Shown one piece after another: positions 52,743 to 62,632 of a stretch of DNA of 64,000 bases. Location of the stretch: the NCBI GenBank assembly GCA_963743915.1, contig CAVURN010000003.1:96001-160000 (forward strand). Direction: 5' to 3'. The position numbers and the translations under genes were made by a program. Source of the stretch: an uncultured Actinomycetota bacterium. Lineage in GTDB: Bacteria > Actinomycetota > Actinomycetes > JAHEKZ01. The notes below the pieces were generated by a model. It had not been told where the DNA came from. It did no database searches and saw nothing but the letters and a program-made list of their open reading frames with translations. The stretch's first letter is position 1. The number at the start of each line of letters is the position of its first letter.

Positions 52743-55190
52743 CTAGCTGCGGATCCTCGCAGACGTCGGGTCGTACATCGGGCGCAGTGACGCCGTCACG
52801 GTGTGCCGCTGGTCGGCGACCTCGATCTCGTAGCGTGCCGCTCTCGACCCACTCGCGGTCGACGATGTGGTCGGCAGCCGACGTACCCCAGCACCACGGA
52901 CGCCCCGAGCGTCCAGCCGTAGCTCGCGGACGCCACCTTGCCCACCTTCACGCCGTCGCGGTAGATCGGCTCGTCGTGGTACGCGAGCACCTCCGGGTCG
53001 TCGAAGCGCGAGCTGCACGAGCAGGCGGTCGACGCCCGCGTCGCGCTGACGCAGCAGCGCGTCCCGACCGATGAACCCGTCGGGCTTGTCCCACGCCACG
53101 GCGAAGCCGAGCCCTGCCTGCAGCGGCGTGTCCGCCCACCCGATGTCGTGGCCCCAGCTGCGGTACGCCTTCTCCATCCGCAGCGAGTTGAGCGCGTGGT
53201 ACCCGGCGTGCCGCAGCCCCACGGGGTGCACCGGCCTCGGCCAGCGTGCGGTAGACGTGCACGGCCTGGTCGGCCGGGACCAGCAGCTCCCAGCCGAGCT
53301 CACCGACGTAGGTCAGCCGGGTGGCGCGCACGAACGTCGCGCCCAGGTCGATCATCCGCGAGGCGCCGAAGCCGAACGACTCGTGCGAAAGGTCGGCGTC
53401 GGTCAGCCCCTGCAGCAGCTCGCGGGACCGCGGCCCCATCACCGACAGCATCGCCAGGCCCGCGCTGACGTCGGACACGGTGACGAAGGAGTCACCGATG
53501 TGCTTGCGCAACCGATCCATCTCGCGTCCGACGGTGGCGGCAGCGGTGAGCACCAGCCACTCCTGCTCCGCGACCCGCGTGACCGTGACGTCCGCCTCGA
53601 TGCCGCCCCGGTCGTTGAGCCACTGGGTGTAGACGGTGCGCCCTGGCTCGACGTCGACGTCGTTCGCCGACAGATGCTGCAGCAGCGTGCCGGCGTCCCG
53701 GCCCTGCACGGAGATCTTGCCGAAGGAGCTGAGGTCGAACAGCCCGACCTGCTCACGCACTGCGCGGTGTTCCGCCGCCCAGTGCTCGAACCACTTGGCC
53801 TTGCCGTAGGAGTGGTCGTAGCGCGGGTCGCACCGGCCGGCGCGAACCAGTTGGCGCGCTCCCACCCGGCCACTTCGCCGAACACCGCACCCGCGGCCGC
53901 CATCTCCTCGTGCAGCGGTGAGCGGCGGATGCCGCGCATCGTCTCGCGCTGCTGGTACGGCCAGTGCATCGCGTACGCGAGGTCGAGCGTCTCGACCACG
54001 CGCTCCTCGAGGTACCGCCGGTTCACCTGGAACGGCACCACGCGTCGCGGGTCGACCTCGGGAAGGTCCATCGGGGGGCGGCCGTCGACGATCCAGTCGG
54101 CCAGCACCTTGCCCGCACCCGGGCCGCTGAGGAACCCGACCGAGTTGAAGCCGCAGGCGGCGTAGTAGTTGGTGAGCTCGGGAACCTCACCCAGGTAGTA
54201 CAGGCCGTCCGGCGTGAAGCTCTCCGGACCGCAGAAGAAGAGTCGGATGCCCGCGTCGGCGAGCAGCGGGATGCGCTCGACCATCTGCTCGTAGAACGGG
54301 CCGAGGTGCTCCCAGTTCTCCGGAAGCGTCGCGAACTCGGCGTCCGCAGGGATGCCGCGCGACATCCAGGGCGTGCTGCCCGCCTCGAAGAAGCCGACCA
54401 TCAGCTTGCCCGCGTCGTCCTTGACGTAGGACGAGTCGTCCGAGCTCTTGATGGTCGGCATGTCGGACGGCAGGTCGGGGATGTCCTCGGTGACGACGTA
54501 GTAGTGCGCGAGCGCTTGCAAGGGCAAGGCAACCCCGGCCTTGCTGCCGAACTCGCGGCCCCACATGCCGGTGCAGTTGACGACGTACTCCGCCTCGATG
54601 TCACCGGCGTCGGTGCTCACCCCGATGACGCGGTCGCCACGAACGTTCACGTCGGTCACGAGCGTCTGCTCGAAGATCTGTGCGCCGCCGTCGCGGGCAC
54701 CCTTGGCGAGCGCCATGGTGGTGTCGGTCGCATTGCCGCGACCGTCCGCCGGGTAGTGCAGCGCTCCCGCGAGACCCTCCGGGCTCAGCAGCGGGAAGAG
54801 CTCGACCGCGCGTGCGGCGTCCACCACCTCGACCTCGACGTCGCTGGAGCGGTGCGCGGACGCCTGGCGCAGCAGCTCCTCCCACCGCACGTCGTTCATT
54901 GCCAGGTGAAGCGTCCCGGTGCGGCGGAACCCGGTGCCCAGTCCGGTCTCGGCCTCCAGCGACTGGAAGACCTCGAGGCTCTGCTGCACGATCGCGCGGG
55001 TGCCATGTGTGGGGCGCGCGAGCGTGATGAGGCCAGCGGCGTGCCACGTGGTGCCGGACGTCAGGGACTTGCGCTCGAGCAGCACCACGTCCTTCCACCC
55101 GCGCTTGGTCAGGTGGTACGCGACGCTCGCGCCGACGACACCTCCGCCGACCACGACGACCTGCGCGCGCGAAGGGAGTTCCCGTGCCAT
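52743..55190 (-). CDS. GcvT-family FAD-dependent oxidoreductase (dimethylglycine/sarcosine dehydrogenase-like; frameshifted)
   Basis: VVVGGGVVG, SGTTWHAAG, GPESFTPD, GWERANWF, TYVGELGWEL, LRMEKAYRSWG. Confidence 0.92.
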
Positions 55191-55254
55191 GCGTCCACTC
55201 CGTTCGTCGTCGCGGGGCCGATGGGTCGAACGGCAGCGTACGCCCGCCCATTTC

Positions 55255-55314
55255 CTACGGCAGGGCGCCACGATTACCCGTCCTGCGGCGTGACCGTGGC
55301 GCTCTGGCGTTGGA
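55255..55314 (-). repeat. 60-bp REP-like intergenic element, copy 2
   Basis: Reverse complement matches 2397-2456 at 53/60. Confidence 0.8.
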
Positions 55315-55320
55315 AAGCTG

Positions 55321-55948
55321 CTACCGCACGCCGGGCGGGCGGAACTGGATCGAGATCCGGGGGCCACACGGCTTGGCGGTCTTGGGGATCGCGTGCTCCC
55401 ACTCGCGCTGGCAGGCGCCCCCCATGACGAGCAGGTCGCCGTGGCCGAGCATGAAGCGCGCGGACGCCCCACCACCTCGTGGACGAAGCAGCAGCGCCCG
55501 GGGGGCACCGATCGAGAGGATCGCGACCAGCGTGTCCTCAGTGCGGCCGCGCCCGATCGTGTCGCCGTGCCACGCGACGCTGTCGCGTCCGTCCCGGTAC
55601 AGGCACATGCCTGCGGTGGCGAAGCCCTCGGGCAGCACGTCGCGGTAGTGCGCAGACAACCGGAAGCGGGCCTCGGACAGCACCGGGTGCGGCAGCTCGG
55701 CGTCGGCGTCGTACCAGCTGACCAGCCGCGGGACGTCGACGACGGTGTCGTACATCTGTCGCTTCTCGGCGCGCCACGGTGCGTGCGCGGCGACGGCGTC
55801 GAAGAGGGCGTCCGACCCCTGCACCCAGCCGAGCCGGTGGTCGACCCAGCTGCGGGCGTCCAGCTGCGTGCGAGTGAGTCCGAGCGGACAGCTGCTCGAG
55901 GGCGGGCTCGGTCGCTGTGTCGAACAGCGACGTCTGCAGCACAGCCAT
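55321..55948 (-). CDS. alkB: AlkB-family 2OG-Fe(II) dioxygenase (frameshift near 55885)
   Basis: YRDGRDSVAWHGD, GDLLVMGG, WEHAIPK, RISIQFR. Confidence 0.9.
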
Positions 55949-55968
55949 GGAGCGACGCTAGCACTGGT

Positions 55969-55984
55969 TCGAACAGGTGTACGA
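55969..55984. promoter_or_regulatory. LexA (SOS) box upstream of alkB
   Basis: TCGAAC-AGGT-GTACGA, one mismatch to the actinobacterial consensus TCGAAC-N4-GTTCGA. Next to the leaderless -10 TAGCGT. Confidence 0.75.
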
Positions 55985-55995
55985 GAGATTGGTCG

Positions 55996-56012
55996 TGTCA
56001 ACGCTGTTGACA
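55996..56012. promoter_or_regulatory. Probable TetR operator
   Basis: TGTCAAC-gct-GTTGACA just upstream of the tetR gene. Confidence 0.65.
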
Positions 56013-56043
56013 ACGTCGTGGACGCCGCGCCAGACTCCAGCCC

Positions 56044-56763
56044 GTGCCCACCGACACCGTCCGCCGCGCGGTCACTCCCGAGGGCGGTGAGGCCCTCCGC
56101 GCCGAGCTGTCGCGCGAGCGGATCCTGGACGCCGCCGAGACGCTGATCGACCGCGAGGGCGACGGTGCCCTCACCTTCCGGCGGCTCGGCGCCGAGCTCG
56201 GCGCCGACCCCACCGCCGCCTACCGCTACTTCCGCAACAAGGACGACCTGCTGCTCGCGCTCGGCGACCGCCTGCTCGGCGAGGCCATCACCGCCGGCAC
56301 CGACGGCCTCACGGCGGACGCTGACTGGCGCACCGCCTTCGGCACGATGGCTCGGGCACTGCGCAACACGCTGGTCCGTCACCCGCGCCTGGCCACGCTG
56401 GTGAGCGTGCGCATCACCCAGGGCGAGCACGAGGCGTACGGCATCGAGCGGGGGATGGCGGTCCTGGCCGGAACCGGTCTGTCGACACGCGACGTCGTCG
56501 GCATCCAGCGCGCCTTCGCCGACACCGTCCTCGCCTGGTGCGCGTACTCGGCGTCGTTTCTCGCCCTTCCGGACGGAGGCGAAGGCGCGGGACGAGGCCG
56601 CGTGGGCCACCACGTACGCACGACTGCCCGAGGACGAGTATCCCGCACATCCACGCCGCGCAGCCCGTACTTCGACGAGTTCGACGACGCCTTCGACCTC
56701 GCCCTCGAGCTGCTGCTCGACGGCATCGCTGCCCGTATCACTCGATCACAGGAGACCGCATGA
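56044..56763 (+). CDS. TetR-family regulator
   Basis: LSRERILDAA...LTFRRLGAELG...YRYFRNKDDLL; TetR_C-like tail. Probable compensating indels. Confidence 0.9.
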   Translation: MPTDTVRRAVTPEGGEALRAELSRERILDAAETLIDREGDGALTFRRLGAELGADPTAAYRYFRNKDDLLLALGDRLLGEAITAGTDGLTADADWRTAFGTMARALRNTLVRHPRLATLVSVRITQGEHEAYGIERGMAVLAGTGLSTRDVVGIQRAFADTVLAWCAYSASFLALPDGGEGAGRGRVGHHVRTTARGRVSRTSTPRSPYFDEFDDAFDLALELLLDGIAARITRSQETA

Positions 56764-58662
56764 CCAACCTCAGCCGCCGTCACTTCCTCGGCGCATCGGC
56801 AGCTGCAGGCGCCGGTGCCGCAGCGGTCACCGTGCCCGCCTTCGCACAGAGTGCGGCCGCGTCCGGCACCAAGGCCGCGACGATCGTCCGCAACGCCCGC
56901 GTGTTCGTAGGAGACGACGCCAACACCATGGCCGACGCGGTGGCCATCGGCACCGACGGGCGGATCCTCGCGGTCGGCACGAACCGGCAGGTGGCCGCGT
57001 ACTCCGGGTACGGCACCGAGGTCGTCGACGCCAAGGGCGGCACGGTCATGTCGGGCATCCACGACGGCCACGTCCACCCCATGTACGCGGGACTGCGGGC
57101 CCTCAACCCGTCACTCGAGGACGCCGAGCTCACCGCCGTCGAGGTGCAGGACCTGGTCGCCACGTTCCTGGCTGACCCTGCGTTCGGCTCGGAGCCGGAC
57201 GCATGGCTCACCGTCGAGGCGTGGAACCCCGCCGGTACCCCGAGCGACACCCTGCCGCACAAGGACATCCTCGACTCGCTGGCCACGTCTCGCCCCATTG
57301 CCCTCAGCGGATCGGACGGGCACAACACGTGGGTCAACAGCAAGGCGCTCCAGATCGCGGGCATCGACCAGAACACCCCGGACCCGACCGGTGGTGAGAT
57401 CGTCCGCGACAACAACGGCGAGGCCACCGGCGTCCTCAAGGACGCCGCGCAGGGGCTGGTGACCCAGTACATCCCGGAGCCGACTCCTGAGGTGATGTAC
57501 GACGCCTTCGTCAGCGCGTTCGCGCAGATGGCCGCAGGCGGCATCACCACCGTCCTGGACGCGTACGTGGACCCGTGGCAGCTCGACTTCTACGCGGCGA
57601 TGGCCGAGAACGGCCACCTCACCACGCGGACCTTCCCCGCGCTGCTCGCTGCCGACCGGAACGTCAACCACCCGCACCGTTACCTGGCCAAGGTCAAGGA
57701 GCTCGCCGCCACATACGGCTCAGTACCCCGACTGCACTTCGGCAACATCAAGATCTTCATGGACGGCGTCATCGAGTACCCGGCGCAGACCGCCGCCCTG
57801 CTCAAGCCGTACCTGGACGCCAACGGCAACCCGACCAACAACTCCGGCGACCTGTACTTCGACGCCGAGGCGCTCGGTCGGTTCACCCGCGTCTTCGACG
57901 CCGCCGGGCTGGCAGGTGCACACCCACGCGATCGGCGACGGCGCCGTCCGCGCCGCCCTCGACGGGTTCGAGATCGCGCGGAAGGCCAACGGCAACCGGC
58001 GCAAGCGTCACACCATCGCGCACCTGCAGCTCGTCCACCCTGCCGACTACGGCCGGTTCGCCGAGCTGAACGTCGTGCCGACCATGCAGCTGCAGTGGGC
58101 CACCCGCAACGTCTGGACCATGGAGGCGCTGCTCCCGTTCATCGGCGAGAAGCGTCACGCCCGGATGTACCCGGCGAAGAGCATGCTCGACGCCGGCGCG
58201 CCGCTCGCCGGTGGATCCGACTGGCCGGTCGACCCGTTGTACCCCTGGAACCAGGTGCAGACCGCGATCGACCGCATGGGCCTCTACGGCGAGGAGTCAC
58301 CGCTCGGGATCCACGAGGCGATCTCGCGCCGCGCGTCGCTGCGGATGCACACCCGCGGCACGGCGTACCAGCTGCACCAGGACAAGAAGACCGGAACCGT
58401 GGAGGTGGGCAAGCTCGCCGACCTCGTCGTGCTCGACCGCGACGTGAGCACGTGCCCGGTGTCCGAGATCAAGGACTCGGTGCCGCAGCTCACTCTCGTC
58501 GGCGGGAAGGCCACGTTCGACATCACCACCGCCTCCGGACGCTCCGCCCGCCGCGCCCTCGACGCCGCCATGGCGACCAAGGGAGCGGTCGGACGCGTCC
58601 GTCACGACAAGCTCGGCGGACGTCACAACGGCTGTCCCTGCACCACGTCTCAGCCCAAGTAG
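56760..58662 (+). CDS. Tat-exported amidohydrolase, Amidohydro_3/YtcJ-like (frameshift near 57905)
   Basis: SRRHFLG, GIHDGHVH, KIFMDG, HAIGD, IAHLQ, GSDWPV, GKLADLVVLD. Confidence 0.9.
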
Positions 58663-58673
58663 GCCGAGGAGCG

Positions 58674-59096
58674 TCAGCCCATCGGGCCGCGCTGCGTCAG
58701 CCTGGCGTTGTTGCCCGACGGGTCGCGGAACGCGCAGTCGATCCCGTAGGGCTGCTGCGTGGGCTTCTCGGTGAACTCGACGCCGCGCGAGGAGAGCTCT
58801 TCGTAGGTCTTCATCACGTCGTCAGTGGTGAGGAAGACCGTGCCCGAGAAGCCCATCGCGGTGAGCTCGGCCACCTTGGTGCGTGTCTCCTCGTCCATCA
58901 CCGGCGGGCCGGGGATGGCCATGAGCACGATGGCGATGTCGTCCTGGTCACGCGGACTCACGGTGAGCCAACGGAAGTTGCCCATCTCCGGCACGGTGAC
59001 GTCCTCACGGACCTCCATCCCGACCTTGTCGCGCCAGAACGCCAGCGCCTCGTCCTGGTCATGCACCCAGAGCTGCGTCGTGCTGATCCGCATCAC
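58674..59096 (-). CDS. VOC-family protein
   Basis: VHDQDEALAF, FRWLTV, PYGIDCAFRDPSGN. Confidence 0.92.
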   Translation of the reverse strand: MMRISTTQLWVHDQDEALAFWRDKVGMEVREDVTVPEMGNFRWLTVSPRDQDDIAIVLMAIPGPPVMDEETRTKVAELTAMGFSGTVFLTTDDVMKTYEELSSRGVEFTEKPTQQPYGIDCAFRDPSGNNARLTQRGPMG

Positions 59097-59148
59097 GGTG
59101 AGTCCTTCCGTCGTGGGGTCGTCGGTTCCTCGAACCTACGGAAGCGAC

Positions 59149-59583
59149 TCAACCGACGTCTTCTCCATTCGTGCTCTTCACCGGACGACCGTAGGCCTTC
59201 AGGACGCAGAGCGGGATCACCGCCAGGCTGGCCGCCGAGGGGAACGACTGCCGGTACTCGATCGGGGTCTGGCCGAAGACGCGACGGAAGCTCGATGTGA
59301 AGGAACCGACACTGGTCAGGCCGACCTGCATGCAGATGTCGGCCACCGAGTAGTCGGTGCCGCGCAGCAGGGTCGCCCCACGTTCAAGACGACGCGTCAA
59401 GAGATAGGCATGTGGCGTCTCGCCGAAGGCTCGACGAAACTCGCGGCTGAAATGCGCGCGTGACATGCACGCCGCGGCTGCAAGGTCGTCGACGGTGAGC
59501 GGCTCGGTGTACCGCGCGTCCGCGAGGTCGCGGGCACGGATGAGGTGCCGCACCGCCGGCACCATCGTCTGGAGAGCCGACAT
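59149..59583 (-). CDS. AraC-family regulator
   Basis: RARDLADARY...SRAHFSREF...TPHAYLLTRRLERG...SVGSFTSSF. Confidence 0.92.
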   Translation of the reverse strand: MSALQTMVPAVRHLIRARDLADARYTEPLTVDDLAAAACMSRAHFSREFRRAFGETPHAYLLTRRLERGATLLRGTDYSVADICMQVGLTSVGSFTSSFRRVFGQTPIEYRQSFPSAASLAVIPLCVLKAYGRPVKSTNGEDVG

Positions 59584-59623
59584 CCGGCCAGGGTAGACGG
59601 CTGATCGTCGCGGAGGGTAGGCC

Positions 59624-60130
59624 TCAGCCTCGCAGCAGCTCCGCGGCCTGCAGTGCGCCCACCCGCTCGGCCTCCTCCAGGGGTGTGGCGTCGTCATCGA
59701 CACCGGTGCGCGTCGCTCGACTTGCCCCCAGCTCCAGCAGGACGCGCACCAGGTCTGCGTCGTTCTGGCTGGCCGCCGCGTGCAACGCCGTCCAGCCGTT
59801 GATGCCCCGGCGTTCGAGATCCGCTCCGGCATCGACCAGGACGCGGACGAGCCCGACCCGGTCCTCGCGACCTGACATCACCGCTCCCAACAGCGCGGGG
59901 AAGCCGTCGGCTGCCTCGAAGTTCACGTCCCCGCCCTCATCGACGAGGTCTGCGACGACCACTGCGGGGGCCCATGAGATCGCCAGTGCCATGAGCGGAG
60001 TACCGGTGTAGGGCTCGTCCACGTTCGGGAAGCCCGGTTGCGTGAGCAGCGCCTCGGGCAGCTCGTCGAGGCGTCCGGAGCGCAAGGCACGCTCGGTCTG
60101 CAGGTGGCGGCGCATGGCGTCGTCGATCAC
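59624..60130 (-). CDS. Ankyrin-repeat protein
   Basis: DGFPAL, GADLERRGINGWTALHAAA, TPLEEA. Confidence 0.85.
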   Translation of the reverse strand: MIDDAMRRHLQTERALRSGRLDELPEALLTQPGFPNVDEPYTGTPLMALAISWAPAVVVADLVDEGGDVNFEAADGFPALLGAVMSGREDRVGLVRVLVDAGADLERRGINGWTALHAAASQNDADLVRVLLELGASRATRTGVDDDATPLEEAERVGALQAAELLRG

Positions 60131-60177
60131 CGGGCCAGGCTAACCCCGCCTGTGGGGGGCCATTAGGCTCACCGGCC

Positions 60178-60480
60178 ATGGCCGAGTACCAGATCACCTC
60201 GTGGCGGGACCTGCCCTCGATGGTGGTCGCCCGTGAGGGCGACGCCGTGACCAAGGTGCAGCTCGCCGCGCGGTTCCAGGAGGCGATCGACGAGGCCGCC
60301 ATGCGCCTCGGCGAGACCGGCAGCGACGAGTACCTGGCGGGTTGGACGCGCTCGGAGTGGACGGCGATGGACGGAGACAACTCCCAGGTCGCGGCCGCAG
60401 TCTCGGCCCAGCTCGAGGAGTCATGGACGGCGGAGCGGCTGGCCGCGTACCTCGACGGATTGGGCCCTGCCTCCGCCTGA
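60178..60480 (+). CDS. 'Virulence factor' domain (PF13769-like) protein
   Basis: WRDLPSMV...KVQLAARFQEAIDEAAM...DEYLAGW. Confidence 0.78.
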   Translation: MAEYQITSWRDLPSMVVAREGDAVTKVQLAARFQEAIDEAAMRLGETGSDEYLAGWTRSEWTAMDGDNSQVAAAVSAQLEESWTAERLAAYLDGLGPASA

Positions 60481-60541
60481 GGAGCGTCCTGAGGCCTCGT
60501 AAGGGTGTTCGGCGGTGGGCTCGGTCCGGTAGAACACCGTC

Positions 60542-62188
60542 ATGGCCCCGCGCTTGCTGCCTGAGTCGCCGACGTTCCAGTCGGCGGCTGAGGAGGCGGT
60601 CTGGACGGTGCTGCGCGACCAGCTGCCGGACGACGCGGTGCTCATCGCGAACCTGGGGTTGATGGATCGACGCGGCGACTGCGAGGCCGACCTCGCCGTC
60701 CTCTGGCCGGAGTTCGGGATCGTCGTCATCGAGGTCAAGGGCGGTCACATCGCCCGCAAGCCGGACGGCTCGTGGATCCAGGTGGGCACCAACGGCTACC
60801 GCGGCAAGGTCGATCCGATCCGTCAGGCGCATCGAGGTCGCTACGCACTCAGCGGCTTCATCCGCGAGCGCACGCATCTGCGCAACCTGCGGATCACCCA
60901 CATGGTGGCCTTCCCGTACACCAAGGTCGCTGACGACTTCGCCGCGTCCGACTGCCCACGGTGGCGCATCCTCGACCAGCTGGACGTCGAGCTGTACGCC
61001 GCCGAGAAGGTGGCGCGCACCCTGCGCGACCTCGACGGCCCGGCCGCCCCGGATGCGTCCGAGATCGACCTCATCGTCGACGCGCTCACCGCTCGTCCCG
61101 GAACCCAGCGCGAGCAGATCAGCCTCTTGGCCGAGAAGGAGAACGCGGTCGAGCGGCTGACGCAGAAGCAGGCCGGCGTCCTTCACATGCTGCGGGACGT
61201 GCCGCGTCTGCTGGTGCGCGGGGGTGCCGGCACCGGCAAGTCGTACCTTGCACTCGAGCAGGCACGGCGCCTCACGCGTGAGGGCCAGCGCGTCGGACTG
61301 GTCTGCTACAGCCGCGGCCTGGCGTCCTTCGTCGCCCGTCGCGTCGCGACGTTGCCCGAGGCCGAGCGCCCCGAGTACGTCGGCACGTTCCACAACCTCG
61401 GCGTGCGCTGGGGGGCGCGACCACTCGAGGGCGCCTCGCAGGAGTACTGGGACGACGAGCTGCCCGTCGAGATGCTGGGGCTGGCGGCGTACCTGACGGC
61501 GTCGGAGAAGTTCGACGCGTTCGTCGTGGACGAGGCCCAGGACTTCGCAGACTCGTGGTGGCCGGCGCTGCTGGCAGGGCTGCGTGATCCGGACGCCGGT
61601 GGGCTCGCGATCTTCCTGGACGAAGGGCAGCGCGTGTTCGGACGCCAGGGCGTCCCACCGGCCGACCTCACGCCGATCACGCTTGACGAGAACCTGCGGA
61701 ACACCCGTCAGATCGCGCAGACCTTCGGCTCGCTGGCGCCGCAGCAGATGAAGTACGGCGGACTGGACGGGCTTCCGGTGCAGTTCGTCCCCTGCAACGT
61801 GCACGACGCCATCGGCGTCGCCGACGACGTGGTGACGATGCTGATGGAGTCCGGATGGCCGGCCGAGTCGCTGGCGTTGCTGACCACCGGTCGACGCCAC
61901 CCGGTGCAGCTCGAGCGGGTGGCGGCACGCGGGACGGGGGGCTACTGGGACAGCTTCTGGGACACCGATGACGCGTTCTACGGCCACGTCCTGGGCTTCA
62001 AGGGGCTCGAACGGCCTGTCGTGGTGCTCGCCGTCAACGGCTTCCGTGAGGTGGAGCGGGCACGCGAGATGCTCTACGTCGGCATGTCACGGGCCCGCGA
62101 CCTGCTGGTGGTGTGCGGCGACCCGACGCTGCTGCGCGAGCACGCCGGCGAGGGCGTGATGCGACGCCTCGGCGTCCCGGCGTCCTGA
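60542..62188 (+). CDS. NERD nuclease fused to an SF1 helicase
   Basis: AEEAVW, EADL...VIEVKGG; GGAGTGKS, VDEAQD, NLRNT, FKGLE, LYVGMSRA. Confidence 0.9.
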   Translation: MAPRLLPESPTFQSAAEEAVWTVLRDQLPDDAVLIANLGLMDRRGDCEADLAVLWPEFGIVVIEVKGGHIARKPDGSWIQVGTNGYRGKVDPIRQAHRGRYALSGFIRERTHLRNLRITHMVAFPYTKVADDFAASDCPRWRILDQLDVELYAAEKVARTLRDLDGPAAPDASEIDLIVDALTARPGTQREQISLLAEKENAVERLTQKQAGVLHMLRDVPRLLVRGGAGTGKSYLALEQARRLTREGQRVGLVCYSRGLASFVARRVATLPEAERPEYVGTFHNLGVRWGARPLEGASQEYWDDELPVEMLGLAAYLTASEKFDAFVVDEAQDFADSWWPALLAGLRDPDAGGLAIFLDEGQRVFGRQGVPPADLTPITLDENLRNTRQIAQTFGSLAPQQMKYGGLDGLPVQFVPCNVHDAIGVADDVVTMLMESGWPAESLALLTTGRRHPVQLERVAARGTGGYWDSFWDTDDAFYGHVLGFKGLERPVVVLAVNGFREVERAREMLYVGMSRARDLLVVCGDPTLLREHAGEGVMRRLGVPAS

Positions 62189-62192
62189 GCGG

Positions 62193-62452
62193 TCAGCCGT
62201 TGCCCGGCTCCACCCCGAGACCAGCCAGCCACCGGCGATAGGTGCGCACCACGAGGTACAGGAGACGACGATCACGGCATAGGTGATCTGCCCCTTGAGG
62301 TAGGTCAGCCACACCGCCTCCGACGAGGACAGGCCACCGCGGCTCTCGGCGTCCGCGTACGTGAGCTGGAACACCAGGGGTGCCGTGAGCACCCAGAACC
62401 AGATCCACGGGTGGCGGCGCGGGTGCAGGTGGCTCCGTTCGGTCGCGGTCAT
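62193..62452 (-). CDS. Small two-TM membrane protein (frameshifted)
   Basis: PWIWFWVLTAPLVF and ITYAVIVV/LLYLVVRTYRRW. Confidence 0.5.
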
Positions 62453-62468
62453 GTCGCACAGTATCCAC

Positions 62469-62628
62469 ATCCGACGGGCGGCCCGTCGGATCTCGACGAC
62501 GCCGAGTGCGGAGCTGGATGATGGCGGAGCCAGTCGAGGGTGCGCCAGCACACTCGATGCAGCGGAGCGTCATCCGACGCCGCACTCGGCAGGCCTTTAC
62601 GTCATCCGGCGCCGCACTCGGCAGGCCT
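62469..62628. repeat. REP/BIME-like cluster
   Basis: Two direct copies of CGTCATCCGRCGCCGCACTCGGCAGGCCT (32-bp period), one inverted degenerate copy at 62501-62521, and a hairpin at 62469-62491. Confidence 0.75.
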
Positions 62629-62632
62629 CGGC

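Noticed and set aside
55191-55320. Glycine or THF riboswitch upstream of the GcvT-family gene
   Set aside because: No aptamer consensus; the region is occupied by the 60-bp repeat and a short promoter.
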